From Eledone cirrhosa (lineage: Eukaryota): DNA of 64,000 nt. Positions 1-13,800 of this stretch are shown here, in pieces (within the stretch, counting starts at the first letter, position 1; each line of letters starts with the position of its first letter). The translations under genes were made by a program, and so were the position numbers. Location: the NCBI GenBank assembly GCA_964016885.1, contig CAXHJY010000905.1:9033-73032 (forward strand), given 5' to 3'. The notes below the pieces were generated by a model. That model did no database searches and had not been told where the DNA came from. It worked only from the letters and a program-made list of their open reading frames with translations.

Positions 1-16
1 TATATACATGGATGCG

Positions 17-61
<45 letters not shown>

Positions 62-64
<3 letters not shown>

Positions 65-186
65 CCCCGAGGCTGAGCTCCGGCCATCGGAGTCCTGAGT
101 CTTTTCCTGTTACCCACTCTACTACCCTAAGTATCGAGTACTCTGGTGCGTTATGGTCCACCTCGTTCCTTACCACACTTCCTTCG

Positions 187-188
<2 letters not shown>
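62..188 (+). mobile_element. Degraded 3' part of TA-flanked Penelope-like short element, family A
   Basis: Shares the tail ctaagtat(c/t)gagtactctggtgcgttatggtcca...ccttaccaca with 6720-6800, 25879-25925(-) and 28490-28578; flanked by (TA)n. Confidence 0.65.
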
Positions 189-259
<71 letters not shown>

Positions 260-357
260 TGATGAAATACCAATGATCGTTGGCAAATCACTGATGAGGG
301 ACTAATTTTATAATATGTAATCCATGTGCAACCATGCAGTATTTTTCTCCCCATGTT

Positions 358-400
<43 letters not shown>

Positions 401-444
401 TATATATATATATATATATATATTCATATATATATATATATATA

Positions 445-545
<101 letters not shown>

Positions 546-780
546 GTGTGTGTGTGTTTTCTGAACCAAAGCGGTGCCCCAGCATGGCCGCAGAAACAAG
601 TAAAAGAATAAATACACACACACGCGCACACACAGTCACATAGGCACACAAGCATGACACAGAGCGAGGATGATCATGAGGGAGAGAATGTGTGTGTGTA
701 TATGAATGTGTGTGTGAGTCTGTGTGAAAAATGTATGAAAGTGTGTGTGCGTGTGTGTTTTAATGTTTGTATGTGCGTGA

Positions 781-1436
781 ATATGTGTGTGATAATGTAT
801 GTCAGAGTGTGTGTGTGTTTTAATGTATGTCAAAGAGTGTGTTTTAATGTATCTGTATTTGTGTGTGTGTGTCTGTTAATGTATTTCTGTGTGTGTTAGT
901 GTATCTGTGTATATGTGTGTGTGATAATGTATGTCAGAGTGTGTGTGTGTTTTAATGTATGTCAAAGAGTGTGTTTTAATGTATCTGTATTTGTGTGTGT
1001 GTCTGTTAATGTATTTCTGTGTGTGTTAGTGTATCTGTGTATATGTGTGTGTGATAATGTATGTCAGAGTGTGTGTGTGTTTTAATGTATGTCAAAGAGT
1101 GTGTTTTAATGTATCTGTATTTGTGTGTGTGTCTGTTAATGTATTTCTGTGTGTGTTAGTGTATCTGTGTATATGTGTGTGTGATAATGTATGTCAGAGT
1201 GTGTGTGTGTTTTAATGTATGTCAAAGAGTGTGTTTTAATGTATCTGTATTTGTGTGTGTGTCTGTTAATGTATTTCTGTGTGTGTTAGTGTATCTGTGT
1301 ATATGTGTGTGTGATAATGTATGTCAGAGTGTGTGTGTGTTTTAATGTATGTCAAAGAGTGTGTTTTAATGTATCTGTATTTGTGTGTGTGTCTGTTAAT
1401 GTATTTCTGTGTGTGTTAGTGTATCTGTGTATATGT
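781..1436. repeat. 130-bp tandem repeat, 5 copies, built from TG-rich submotifs
   Basis: gataatgtatgtcagag recurs at 791, 923, 1053, 1183 and 1313. Confidence 0.95.
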
Positions 1437-1689
1437 GAGAGAGAGAGAGAGAGAGAGGGAGACGCTCTGCTGTCTGTCGTCCATGTTAGCTCTCCTACAT
1501 TATCAGTTGACATCGTCAGCCAATCTCGATGAAGTTGGGAGGAGAAGGATGAGAAGAAGGAGGACGAGGAGAAATGTTAGAAAGAAGTCACCCCCCCCTC
1601 CCTTCCTCGTTCAGACATCGGACATTATCAAATAACACAGACTGTTATATAAATCTCTTGTTTAGTGCCATCATACAGAATAAATACCT

Positions 1690-1970
1690 TGTGGTGTTTA
1701 ATCAGGTCGAGCTCCTTTACGTAACGAGTTCAAATCCCGCCCAGGTCAATCAACTTCGTCTTTCATCTTACCGAGGTCGATAAAATAATTGTTTCTACTT
1801 TTGGCACAAGGCCAGCAATTATCGCAGTGTATTACTGGTACTTTATTTTATCGACCGTGTAAGAATGAAAGGCAAAGTTAACCTCGGCGGGATTTGAACT
1901 TAGAATGGCAAGGGCCGTAACTCTGTGCGCCAAAGCATGGCGTCCGACCCTCTACTGATACTGCCAATCC
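1690..1970. mobile_element. Two tail-to-tail copies of tRNA-derived SINE S1 (partial + copy 1690-1788; - copy 1787-1970)
   Basis: B-box GAGTTCAAATCC, central gcctttcatcc..gtcgataaaataaagtaccag, 3' ggccttgtgcc..agaaacaatt. Confidence 0.9.
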
Positions 1971-2059
1971 ATGTACCAGTGAAATACTCGAGTTGGATAT
2001 GATAGATTTTTTCCCTCTTTCCTCCAAAACTGCTGACCAGAAATTACAAACCGCTATTC

Positions 2060-2520
2060 TTAATATCACCGTGTTTGTATTCTTACATTCCATGAATCGT
2101 GTAGGCACTCCTACGTACATTTCATATATTGTTGGTGTTGTTTTCTCCATGTACTCTTTCGTACATTCCGTAGGTACTCCTGCGTACTTTTCCTGTATTG
2201 TCGAGGTACCTGCAGGTATTTTTGCTTATATTCCACATTTTATGTTGGTATTCCTGCATACTTTCTACGTATTGCGTCAGTGCTCTTAAAATTCACATGT
2301 CGAATAGGTACTCTTGCATTCATTATATGTAGGTACTCCAGTGTGCATTCTATTTAGGTACTCCAGCGTACATTCCACGTATCGTGTCTGTGTTCTCACA
2401 TTTCACGTATTCTTGTAGGTACTCCTGCGTACAATCCATATATTGTCGATGTTTTTCTCCAGGTACTTCCACGTATTGGCAATATATTATGTAGATACCA
2501 TTGCTTACATTCCACGCATA
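2060..2520. repeat. Degenerate ~33-bp minisatellite (gtaggtactcctgcgtacattccacgtatt)
   Basis: Recurrent aggtactcc and acattccac motifs. Confidence 0.75.
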
Positions 2521-2555
2521 TCGTCCAGAGAGTCATGTCCCGTTTGAAGTATATA

Positions 2556-2714
2556 CCGTATTTCCCGGCGTCCAAGACGCTACTTTTTTTCCCTAAAATA
2601 AGTCTAAAAAAAATCTACCATGCGTCCTAGAGGCCGAAGGTTGTTTATTATTTTTGGTTGTTAAAATAGGGTGCGTCCTTGAGGCCGAAGCCTCTTCGGC
2701 GCCTGGAAATACAG
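2556..2714. mobile_element. Tc1/mariner-superfamily (pogo/Tc2-like) MITE
   Basis: TIRs CCGTATTTCCCGGCG / CGCCTGGAAATACAG, TA on both sides, internal direct repeat tgcgtcctNgaggccgaag x2. Confidence 0.8.
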
Positions 2715-3623
2715 TAATTAAAATATGATTATGAAAGGAGATACTTTACTATGTATTAACATATATTAAAATGTAGCTATGAAACAACATTTTTGTCAAC
2801 ATTTAGAAACTGTAATTGCTATTTTATGCATATCTTTTTTTTTTCTTCGAAATTAGCTGCTAGAGTCCCTTAGCTGCTTTAAACCAATTCCGTTTTGATG
2901 TGGGTGTAGACTTTGTTTTAGAGGTCGTCATAGAACTATGGAATCCCAGCATAGTTCTATGTGTAGGACTGCATTCATGTACTTGTAATCTTTCATAGGG
3001 TTTCCTGCGAGCAGATAATGTGGGCCCCGAATGTTCTCTAACCTAGGGCCTCTTAGTTGTTTTAATCCTGTCCACTCATGTCTTCGTTGCTATGTAAACA
3101 AACAAGTCACGTGCAGAAGATCGATTGTAACTCTTGATTGTGTCAACTGTCCTGTGATCGTGTGTGTTTGTGTGTTTGTCGTTATGAGTGTTTGTGTGTC
3201 TGTGTGTGTGTGTGTCTTTATGTGTGTGTTTGTCTGTATGTGTCTGTGTGTGTGTGTCTTTGTGTGTTTGTGTGTGTGTCTTTGTGTGTGTTTGTGTGTA
3301 TATTTATGTGTGTGTTTGCGTGCCTGTGTCTTTGTATGATTGTGTGTTTAAGTTTGTGTGTGTGTGTATATGGCTCAATTTTGTTTTGTTTGTTTTCCAA
3401 GCTAAAAATATCTCTTTAGATTGAAAATATTCCTCACCCTCTGCTCTGTAGGGTCAGTTATCTTGCTAGAAATAGCAGTCCAATCGCCATCATGTCACGC
3501 ATTATTGCTTTAAAAAACGACACTGGACAATATAATCTGTATAGACGAAAAAAAAAAAAAAAAAAAAAACATCAGAAAATCAGGATGGCCACGGATAGGA
3601 TGTTTTTGATCATCAATCTACTC

Positions 3624-3772
3624 CAGTCATAGGTAAATTGTGGCCCGTCTGGCTTTCTGAATGGTACGCTTAATTCCAAACTTGTTTTGAATGTTTTTTT
3701 AGTAGTATTAGCGGCCTTATTATGAGCCACACCCTATGCGGCCAATTTTTCGAAAAAGGTTGCCCATGCCTG
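3624..3772. mobile_element. hAT (Charlie-like) MITE
   Basis: Ends cagtcataggtaaa / aggttgcccatgcctg; 8-bp TSD atctactc (3616-3623) vs gtctattc (3773-3780). Confidence 0.7.
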
Positions 3773-4199
3773 GTCTATTCCATTGGGGCGACCCATGACT
3801 TAGAAAGAAACCTGTCCCTATATTTACTTCCTCTTTTTACCATGATTCTCCTCTTCCCACAAACTCTCACCCTCCTTGTCTCCCTTCTTCTCCTCCTTCT
3901 CTCTCGTGCCATCTCCCTCACTCTATCTCTCTTTCCACCCATTTCCCTCCCTTTCTCTTAGTTTGTATATCTTTCTCTCTATCTTTCTCTCTATCCTTCT
4001 CTTCTCCGCCCCTCTCTCTCTATCTTTTGCTATCTCCCTCACTCTATCGTTCTTTCCACCTCTCCCTCTCTCTTAGTATGTATATCTTTCTCTCTATTCT
4101 TCACTCACACTCCTCAGTGCTGTTCATTGTACTCAACAGACTTTCACTCGTTTCTGCTCACGACCCAATCCAAGAAACAAACCAGCATGTATCTTATAT

Positions 4200-5020
4200 C
4201 TTCGTATGGCCATTTAACATGACCCAGTGAATTTGCAACGACCATACTGCAAGGAGCTGTGACGAGTAGAAGAGAAATGAGATGGTATGGCCTTGTTATA
4301 AAACTCAGTGGCTTTGCAAAGACCTTTCTACAAGGATCTATAGAAGATGAGAAAGAAGATGGTACGACCTTATGTCAAGAACCAGTGGCTTTGCAAATAC
4401 ATTACTGCAAGGATCTATGGAAAGTGATAAAGAAGATGGTACGACCTTGTGACAAGAACCAGTGGCTGCAAACACATTACTATAAGGAGCTATGGAAGGT
4501 GAGAAAGATGATGGTATGATATTGTGACAAGAACCAGTGGCTTTGCAAAGCTCTTACTACAAGGAACTCTGGAGAGTGGTAGAAAATCTAAGATGGTATG
4601 GTCTTGTAACAAGAGCCAGTGGCTTTGCAAAGCCCTTATTACAAGGAGCTGAGGAAGGTGATAGAAAATCTGGGATGGTATGGTCTTATAACAAGAGCCA
4701 GTGGCTTTGCAAAGCCCTTATTACAAGGAGCTGAGGAAGGTGATAGAAAATTTGAGAAGGTGTGGCCATCAGAATCAAGAATCTGTGGCTTTGCAAAGAT
4801 CTTGCTACAAGGAACTCTCGAGGGTGGTAAATAGTTGGAGATAGGATGTTTTTTGTGACATGATACTGTGGCTTTGCAAAGATCTTACTAAAAGGAGAAG
4901 AATGGAGGCGTGAGGATAGAAAAAATGATGGAAAGACAGCATCGTTCAGTAGACGGACAAATCCTTAGCAGTGATCCGAAATCCGGCATGTAATTGTGAC
5001 AGATGGACACTGTAAAACGG
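4200..5020 (+). mobile_element. RTE-clade LINE 3' end with its C-terminal coding segment tandemly amplified (~9 x 75-84 bp)
   Basis: Units translate as LRWYGLVTRASGFAKPLLQGAEEG, the RTE C-terminal motif; the last unit runs on into a degenerate ..WKDSIVQ.TDKSLA..DRW. Confidence 0.85.
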
Positions 5021-5287
5021 CATGTCTCTGTGTGTGTGTGTGTGTGTGTGTGTGCGTACATTAGCAGCCTTGAGGGTCGCTTATATTTCACACCTGACAG
5101 GGATCTATTACCAGCCTTGGGGGTAGACGCTTACATTTCACATCTGGCATCGATATATTACCAATCAAGGGGCCTGCATTTTGTACTTACATGGGTCTCT
5201 TATCAGCCTTGGGAAAAGGCGAGGGGGGGGGGGGTCGCCTATATTTCACATCTGGCCTGGAGGTGTTACGAGCTTTGTACCCGCCTA

Positions 5288-5318
<31 letters not shown>

Positions 5319-5655
5319 ATGTAAATACTTAAGTTTTTATAAAAGGCTAGGTGGATGTCTGGGTGTATGTATGTATGAGGGAGGGAGGGAGGGGGAGCAA
5401 ATGACGGTTGCATGAGGAACAGTGGAGGTGTTTACCACGTTAAAGATGATTTCACGACCAAATTCAGTTTCACATGAAGGTATCAGCCAGCCTCACCACC
5501 CACCCAGCCACCCAACCATCCATCCAGCTAAACATTTAGCCACGCTACTCACTGAAGGTGCGACACACAGACAGACATACGAAATACTTCTGTTGAGCTT
5601 AATGAGTTGCAGAACAAACTGACGGAATGGTAGAATAGCCATGTTAGGTAGCGAG

Positions 5656-5691
<36 letters not shown>

Positions 5692-5870
5692 CAATTTCCT
5701 CTCTCTCTCACTTTCCTCTCTCTCTCTCACTTTCCTCTCTCTCTCTCGCACTCTCTCTCTTCTTTCTCCCCCTCACTCTCTCCTTTCACCGATTTTTACC
5801 TCCTTTCTCTTTGCTTTCACGTCACACTCTCTCTCTGTCTACCTTTCTCTCTGTGTATATATATATATAT

Positions 5871-5923
<53 letters not shown>

Positions 5924-5976
5924 GTTCTCGTGTGTGTATGTATATATATATGCATATATATGTATGTATATATATA

Positions 5977-6014
<38 letters not shown>

Positions 6015-6120
6015 GTTCTCGTGTGTGTGTATGTATGTATGTATATATATATATATATGTATATATAAGCATATATATATATATATATTTAGTTCTCGTG
6101 TGTGTATGTATATATATATA

Positions 6121-6156
<36 letters not shown>

Positions 6157-6167
6157 GTTCTCATGTG

Positions 6168-6199
<32 letters not shown>

Positions 6200-6314
6200 A
6201 GTATGTATATATATATATATATATATGCATATATATAAGTATATATATATATATGCATATATATAAGTATATATATATATATATGCATATATATAAGTAT
6301 ATATATATGCATAT

Positions 6315-6365
<51 letters not shown>

Positions 6366-6595
6366 TGCATATATATAAATATATATATATATATATGCAT
6401 ACACACACGCAGAGTAACAATTGGATTGTGGAATATAGATAACACGTAGCTACAATACCAACATTGATTTGACACAGATCTGTGATATCCATAGAAAGAA
6501 GAGAATGGTGGGTGTGGTGATGTTTTTGGCTGCAGAGGGAGAGGCAGAGAATTTACTCTTTGATGTAGTAAATAACATCACACACACACTTACAT

Positions 6596-6630
<35 letters not shown>

Positions 6631-6800
6631 GGAAAAAGTATGACCCCGACGGTAGAGCTCAAGCCGTTTCGACGGCTATTTCGAGCTTAAGCTCTGCCGT
6701 CGGGGTCATACTTTTTCCTATTTCCCACTTCTACTATCCTAAGTATTGAGTACTCTGGTGCGTTATGGTCCATCTGGTTCCTTACCACAATTCCTTTGTT
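6631..6800. mobile_element. Family A foldback element in (TA)n, carrying the 3' half of a hammerhead
   Basis: Inverted arms ggaaaaagtatgaccccgacgg (from 6631) / ccgtcggggtcatactttttcc (to 6718), then a unique tail to 6800. Confidence 0.8.
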
Positions 6801-6819
6801 ATATATATATATATATATA

Positions 6820-7007
6820 CGTTATTCCGGGTTGAGTCGGAGGTAACCACAGTAAGTAAGGTACTCAATACGTTGCAGAGTATAAAAGTTTTAATATAGA
6901 TGAGATTCTACAGGACTAGAACTTTCATTCTTTAGAAATCATCAGCATTCCTGAAGATTTCTGATGATTTCTAAAGAATGAAACAGTTCTAGTCCTGTAG
7001 AAGCTCA

Positions 7008-7010
<3 letters not shown>
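6820..7010. mobile_element. Family B foldback element in (TA)n
   Basis: Arms ~6899-6945 and 6961-7010 are reverse complements; tail 6820-6895 matches 12161-12212 in the opposite orientation. Confidence 0.8.
6955..7004 (+). ncRNA. Type I hammerhead ribozyme-like fold (family B)
   Basis: agattt-CTGATGA-tTTC taaa GAAt-GAAA-CAG ttctagtc CTG-TA-gaag; stem III ACAG/CTGT, GUA triplet; stem II weak with U-U closure. Confidence 0.65.
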
Positions 7011-7045
<35 letters not shown>

Positions 7046-7469
7046 GTATGTATGTCTGTGTATATATATATATATATGTGTTTATATATGTATATATCTA
7101 TATAATTATACATACACAATCACGTATATAATTACATATTTTTCTGGCAAAAGAAGGAGGGTATAAGTTAAAAGGTTGTGTATATAATCACAATATCATA
7201 ACATCAAGTGTAAAACACACATTCTCTCACTTCTTCATTCATACCCTCTCTCTCACGCTCTCTATTTCTCACCCTCTCTCTCTCTCTACCTCAATCTCCT
7301 CTCTCACCCACGCCCCACTCTCTACTTCTCTTCACAAAAGATTTCTGTGGGAAACTACAAACAAATGATCATAATGGGTGTTTACAAATCATCATTACTT
7401 TTCTTATCGCTATTATTATTGCTATTATTATTATTATTGCTATTATTATTGTGCTATTCAAACAGATGG

Positions 7470-7531
<62 letters not shown>

Positions 7532-7688
7532 ACGTGTGCATTCACATTAATATATACACACACGCACGCGCACACACACATATATATATGGAGGTGGTTG
7601 GCGGCTGAGAGAAAAGAGTACTCAATACCGATTTTGAGTTAAAATAAAAGTCCAGAGTAACAAGGCTCACTATTTAGACTTAATAAAA

Positions 7689-7730
<42 letters not shown>

Positions 7731-7747
7731 TACGTATACATACATAC

Positions 7748-7804
<57 letters not shown>

Positions 7805-7956
7805 TATATAGATATAGATATAGATATATATATAGATATAGATATATAGATATATAGATATAGATATAGATATATAGATATAGATATAGATATAGATATA
7901 TAGATATATATATAGATATATATATATACATATATATATATATAGATATATATATC

Positions 7957-8015
<59 letters not shown>

Positions 8016-8116
8016 CAACTAGAAATTGATTGACATATATATATATCTAAAATAAACAATCACAGGGAATAATTTGTAAAAGTGTGTAAGCACACATATA
8101 TATATATATATATATA

Positions 8117-8486
8117 TTAGTAAAAAGGAAAAGAAAATGCTGATGAATTTTTCCCAGTGAAAAATAGTTTAATTAGGAATATGTATAAATTAGTAATAAG
8201 TATTAGTTAGTATTCACTTTTAGTTTTAAGTTTTTACCGGTTGCGCATTTCTAATGCTTTTCAGAGCAAAAATCACGAGCACTCTATCTCAAAATTATTT
8301 TTGAAAAGCATAAGACATGAGCAACCGGTAAAAACTTAAAACTAAAAATGAATACTAACTAATACTTATTACTAATTTATACTTATTCCTAATTAAACTA
8401 TTTTTCACTGGGAAAAATTTGTCAGCATTTTCTTTTCCTTTTTACTAATATATCCCAACTTGTGTGTCTCACCTCCATTTTTTCAA

Positions 8487-8487
<1 letters not shown>
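8117..8487. mobile_element. Foldback element with ~147-bp inverted arms and a 3' tail, in (TA)n
   Basis: 8117-8263 is the near-perfect reverse complement of 8302-8448. Confidence 0.9.
8297..8334 (+). ncRNA. Minimal hammerhead-like fold with variant core (U3-A8; GCAA instead of GAAA)
   Basis: ttt-TTGAAAA-GCAT aagac ATGA-GCAA-CCGG-TA-aaa; the inverted arm has perfect stem II GCAT/ATGC; palindromic ACCGGT stem III. Confidence 0.5.
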
Positions 8488-8517
<30 letters not shown>

Positions 8518-8520
8518 TAT

Positions 8521-8709
8521 AATTGTTTCTACTTTAGGCACAAGACCGGCAATTACCCAGTACATTACTGGTACTTTATTTTATCGACCCCGTAAGGATG
8601 AAAGGCAAAGTTAACCTCGGCGCGATTTGAACTCAGAATGGCAAGGGCCGTAACTCTATGCTGGAAAGCATGGCGTCCAACCCTCTACCGATACTGCCAA
8701 TTCACCGCC
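8521..8709 (-). mobile_element. SINE S1, full-length short subtype
   Basis: A-box-like TGGCAGTATCGG, B-box GAGTTCAAATC, conserved body and tail. Confidence 0.92.
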
Positions 8710-8799
8710 CAATTCACACACATATAATGGCTGTCAGAATGCGTGCATGTGTTTTTTTTAAATTATTTTTTCCGTTCCTTTCACCCTTTTCTCTTTCAT

Positions 8800-8834
8800 C
8801 CTTTGATGAAGGACTATTGTCTGAAACGTTAAGA
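8800..8834 (+). ncRNA. Degenerate minimal hammerhead
   Basis: TTGATGA-a-GGAC tatt GTCT-GAAA-CG-TT; palindromic ACGT stem III; stem I poor. Confidence 0.55.
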
Positions 8835-8921
8835 CTCTTGACCAGCTATTTCAAGCGTTAAATTAATATATTTCTACTGTGTACTGTGTGTCGTTGCTTT
8901 GTTATTTCTGTTTACCTTTCT

Positions 8922-9024
<103 letters not shown>

Positions 9025-9127
9025 GTCTCTCTCTCTGTCTCTCTCTCTGTCTCTCTCTCTGTCTCTCTCTCTCTCTCTCTCAATTCGTTGGTAGAGTACA
9101 ATAATCTTTATTTTATATAGGAATGAC

Positions 9128-9180
9128 TTCTATATGACTAGAACTGATCAATCGTATGAAACAGTTCTAGTCCTGTAGAA
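9128..9180. mobile_element. Family B hairpin remnant
   Basis: gactagaactg...gaaacagttctagtcctgtagaa. Confidence 0.7.
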
Positions 9181-9195
9181 GTAATTTCTCTCTTT

Positions 9196-9843
9196 TATAT
9201 ATATTATATATATAATATATATATAATATATATTATAGATATAATATATATTATAGATATAATATATATTATAGATATAATATATATTATATATATATAA
9301 TATATATTATATATATATTATATATAATATATATATAATATATTATTATATATATATATTATATAATATATATATATATATAATATATATAATATATATA
9401 TATAATATATATATATAATATATATATTATATATATAATATATATATTATATATATAATATATATATTATATATATAATATATATATTATATATATAATA
9501 TATATATTATATATATAATATATATATTATATATATAATATATATATTATATATATAATATATATATTATATATATAATATATATATTATATATATAATA
9601 TATATATTATATATATAATATATATATTATATATATAATATATATATTATATATATAATATATATATTATATATATAATATATATATTATATATATAATA
9701 TATATATTATATATATAATATATATATTATATATAATATATATATATTATATATATAATATATATATTATATATATAATATATTATATATATAATATATA
9801 TATTATATATATATTATATATATAATATATATAATATATATAT
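9196..9843. repeat. AT-only 20-bp satellite (atatataatatatatattat)n
   Basis: Exact 20-bp period from ~9410 to 9780. Confidence 0.95.
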
Positions 9844-9992
9844 TGAGAGTTTATTCAGTTAATGTTTCAAAGTTTTAAACACTGCAGTATTTTAAACATA
9901 CTCTAATAAAAAATATATAAGCTTATACATATAATATTATTCGTATATATAATATAATGTACTCTTTCTTTGTCTGTGTGTGTTATATATAT

Positions 9993-10120
9993 AATTGTTT
10001 CTATTTTTGGCACAAGGCCATCAATTCACCAGTGTATTACTGGTACTTTATTTTATCGACCCCGTAAGGATGAAAGGAAAAGTTAACCTCGGCGGGATTT
10101 GAACTCAGACCATAAAGAGT
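9993..10120 (-). mobile_element. SINE S1, 5'-truncated
   Basis: Body and tail match the other copies. Confidence 0.88.
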
Positions 10121-11018
10121 AATATATATATATATATATGTATGAATTATATATACATGTGTATGTATTATATATACATGTATATGTATTATATGTACAT
10201 GTATATGTATTATATATATGTATTATATGTACATGTATTATATATATGTATTATATGTACATGTATATGTATTATATATATGTATTATATATATATGAAT
10301 ATGTATTGCATACATATGTATATGTACTATATATATATGTATATATATTATATGTATAATATATTTTAAAGTAAATATATATATATGTATATAAATTTAT
10401 ATATTATATATGTATATATATAGTATATGTATATATTATGTATTTTAAAATAGATGTACAAATATATCATATGTATATTATATATTTTCATATTATATAT
10501 ATGTATATATGGTATATATGTATATATATATTGTTTGTATATATATTATCTATACATATACAACATATTATTATAAAATAAAGTACCAGTAATGTACTGG
10601 ATAATTGCTGAAAACAATTATATGTATATTATATATTGATATATAGTATATATTGATATATAGTATATATTGATATATAGTATATATTGATATATAGTAT
10701 ATATTGATATATAGTATATATTACATATATATTTATTTGGTGTATATTCCATCTATCTACCTATATTATATATATAAAATATCTTGGGTATATTTGCCAA
10801 TTTGATGAACATATTGTCACTTCAAAATAAATCTAAAGACCTTTCTAGAAGCCTGTCCAATGGACTATACCATTGGTTTCTTCGCTGAATCTCGTTCATC
10901 GCTGAAAATTAAGTTAAGTGTATATTTTTTGCGGAATACTCAACCAATTTGTATTATACATTGTAGCAGTTCAGAAGGTGTACATTATAAAAGATTACAC
11001 TCACACACATTCGTGCAG

Positions 11019-11102
<84 letters not shown>

Positions 11103-11134
11103 CCACACCCACCCACACCCACCCACACACACCC

Positions 11135-11203
<69 letters not shown>

Positions 11204-11721
11204 CTCACGCACACGCGCACACACACACACACGCACACGTGTGTGTGAATGGGTATACATACATATATGTGTATGTGTGTATACATATATAGGAAATATG
11301 AGATTAATACTTATATATATATATATAATATAATATAATATTATATATAATATAATATAATATTATATATAATATAATATAATATAATATATATAATATA
11401 ATATAATATAATATATATAATATAATATAATATATATAATTATAATATAATATATATAATTATAATATAATTATAATATATATAATATAATATAATATAA
11501 TATATATATATATATAATATAATATATATATATAATATAATATATATATATAATATAATATATATATATATATTATATAATATATATATAAATATAATAT
11601 ATATATATATATTATATAATATATATATAAATATAATATATATATATATATTATATAATATATATATATATATATTATATATATATATAATATAATATAG
11701 AAATATATATATATATATATA

Positions 11722-11934
11722 TTAGAAAGTGAGGTTTTTTTTACAAAATGTAAAATAACCGAGGTGTCCTACACGAGTGAAAGTATAAAGAAAAAAAGAT
11801 GAAATCGAAAATGCAACTGGAGTCTTATTTTTTTAAAAAATATATATATTTATTTGGTTCCTTTACCGGTTTCGCAGTTCTTCTGCTTTTAAAAGGTGAG
11901 TTGAGATGGGGGGTCTGTGGTTTTTCTCACATCT

Positions 11935-11937
<3 letters not shown>
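11722..11937 (-). mobile_element. TA-flanked short element with degenerate hammerhead at 11860-11896
   Basis: Minus strand: cct-TTTAAAA-GCAG aagaa CTGC-GAAA-CCGG-TA-aagg, followed by AATAAA and a tail. Confidence 0.55.
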
Positions 11938-12000
<63 letters not shown>

Positions 12001-12073
12001 TATATATATATATATATAGAAATATATATATATATATATATATAGAAATATATATATATATATATATATAGAA

Positions 12074-12104
<31 letters not shown>

Positions 12105-12209
12105 TATATATATATATATATATAGAAATATATATATATATATAGAAATATATATATATATTTATACTCTGCTTTGTATTGAGTACCTTAATTACCTCCG
12201 ATTGAACCC

Positions 12210-12247
<38 letters not shown>

Positions 12248-12250
<3 letters not shown>

Positions 12251-12592
12251 CGTTTCTGAATTTGTTTAGCAAGATTCTTTATCTGAAATCGTGTGTTGAA
12301 ACCGATATTGTTATACTTTGGGAGGGTCATGTTGCCAATAAGAAACAAAATGGCGTAGGATAGAAGAAAGGAAAGGCACAGAAACAAAGAAAGGAATCCC
12401 CAGTCACTGAAGAGGTCACAGAGTGTGTGACGAAAGGACTATGACTATATATAAACAACTATCTGGTTGTGGAACCAACCAACCAACCAGAAATTTATAA
12501 GTTTGTAAATTTATAAATATATAATAAATTGAAGTGAAAGCAACTGGTGCGTGTGTTTCTTATTGGCAACATGACCCTCCCAAAGTATAACA

Positions 12593-12596
<4 letters not shown>
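12248..12596. mobile_element. TA-flanked element with a perfect 43-bp inverted repeat
   Basis: 12305-12347 is the exact reverse complement of 12554-12596. Confidence 0.88.
12402..12446 (+). ncRNA. Minimal type I hammerhead ribozyme
   Basis: AGTCA-CTGAAGA-g-GTCACA gagtg TGTGAC-GAAA-G ga C-TA-TGACT: 5-bp stem I, 6-bp stem II, intact core. Confidence 0.85.
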
Positions 12597-12626
<30 letters not shown>

Positions 12627-12689
12627 GTATGTATAAGTATATATATATATATATTTGTTTTATAAGTTGATTTGCACCACGAAATCCTT

Positions 12690-12858
12690 GGGTCCGCCCT
12701 ATCAGAGACACTGTAACAACCAGAATTTCTTTAAGAATTTCGTTTTCGCTACACGTGTCTGTGGATTGCATAGCCACTACTTAGACAGTAGTTGTATGAG
12801 CAAGCGGTTCTTTTGATTGTTCAACTGGAACACTCATCGTCGAAACTGGTGAAAGTCC
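12690..12858 (+). mobile_element. Diverged 3' part of SINE family S2
   Basis: acacgtgtctgtgga...caactggaacactcatcgtcg aligns by eye with 45503-45652. Confidence 0.65.
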
Positions 12859-13169
12859 ATTCCATTTCATGTTTCAACCACCACCGCCATCAACGTGTTT
12901 TCTCTTCTCCTTTTTATATTGTAAAACGAATTATATTTAATTGTATTACCTACCGCCTTACCTGTAAACGTTTAGCAAGTTAACAGGTGTGAGATAGGAG
13001 GTGGGGGGTGAGTGACAGAAGGAGAGAGGGGCAGAGAATGGTAGAGATAGTGAGAGCGGAAGAGACTGTAGTGACACGGCACCTCACGTTGTGCCGCGTA
13101 TGATGCTTGGTAGGCGTGGTCAGGTTCTCTTCTCTAGTTGCATCGCTATTGTTTAAAAAGATACATACA

Positions 13170-13213
<44 letters not shown>

Positions 13214-13356
13214 CCTCATATATATATATTTGATGTGTGTGTGTATGTGTAGATATATATATATATCTACACAAATATATATATATATATATCAACACAC
13301 ACACATATATATATATATATATATCTACACACACACATATATATATATATACACAT

Positions 13357-13390
<34 letters not shown>

Positions 13391-13396
13391 GCACAA

Positions 13397-13428
<32 letters not shown>

Positions 13429-13543
13429 GCACAAATACATACATATATATATATATAAATACAAATACATATTTAAATATTGCTCTAAATCAGATATAAA
13501 CATTTATGTTTGTCGGAATTCCAACAAATTAAATACAACTTCT

Positions 13544-13591
<48 letters not shown>

Positions 13592-13768
13592 ATGAAATAA
13601 AATATCATGTCATTAGAGATATACTTCACTGCTTTACGATCGTTTCTAGATGATGATAATAGATTGTTGCTATACTCCGTTATTGATCTATGTAAGGTTA
13701 GTTACAAAATATCAGATAAAGAGAATATTTACTTGCATGCATATCACCAGCTGTTTTCAAAAGTAATG

Positions 13769-13800
<32 letters not shown>

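Noticed and set aside
291-360. CTGATGAGGGAC hammerhead-like start; similar at 61467 (+) and ~59718-59728 (-)
   Set aside because: No paired stem II followed by GAAA downstream; at most fragments.
13617-13696. Possible + strand exon ([29 protein letters not shown]|gttagt)
   Set aside because: The acceptor lacks a pyrimidine tract, no homology is recognised, and there is no partner exon.
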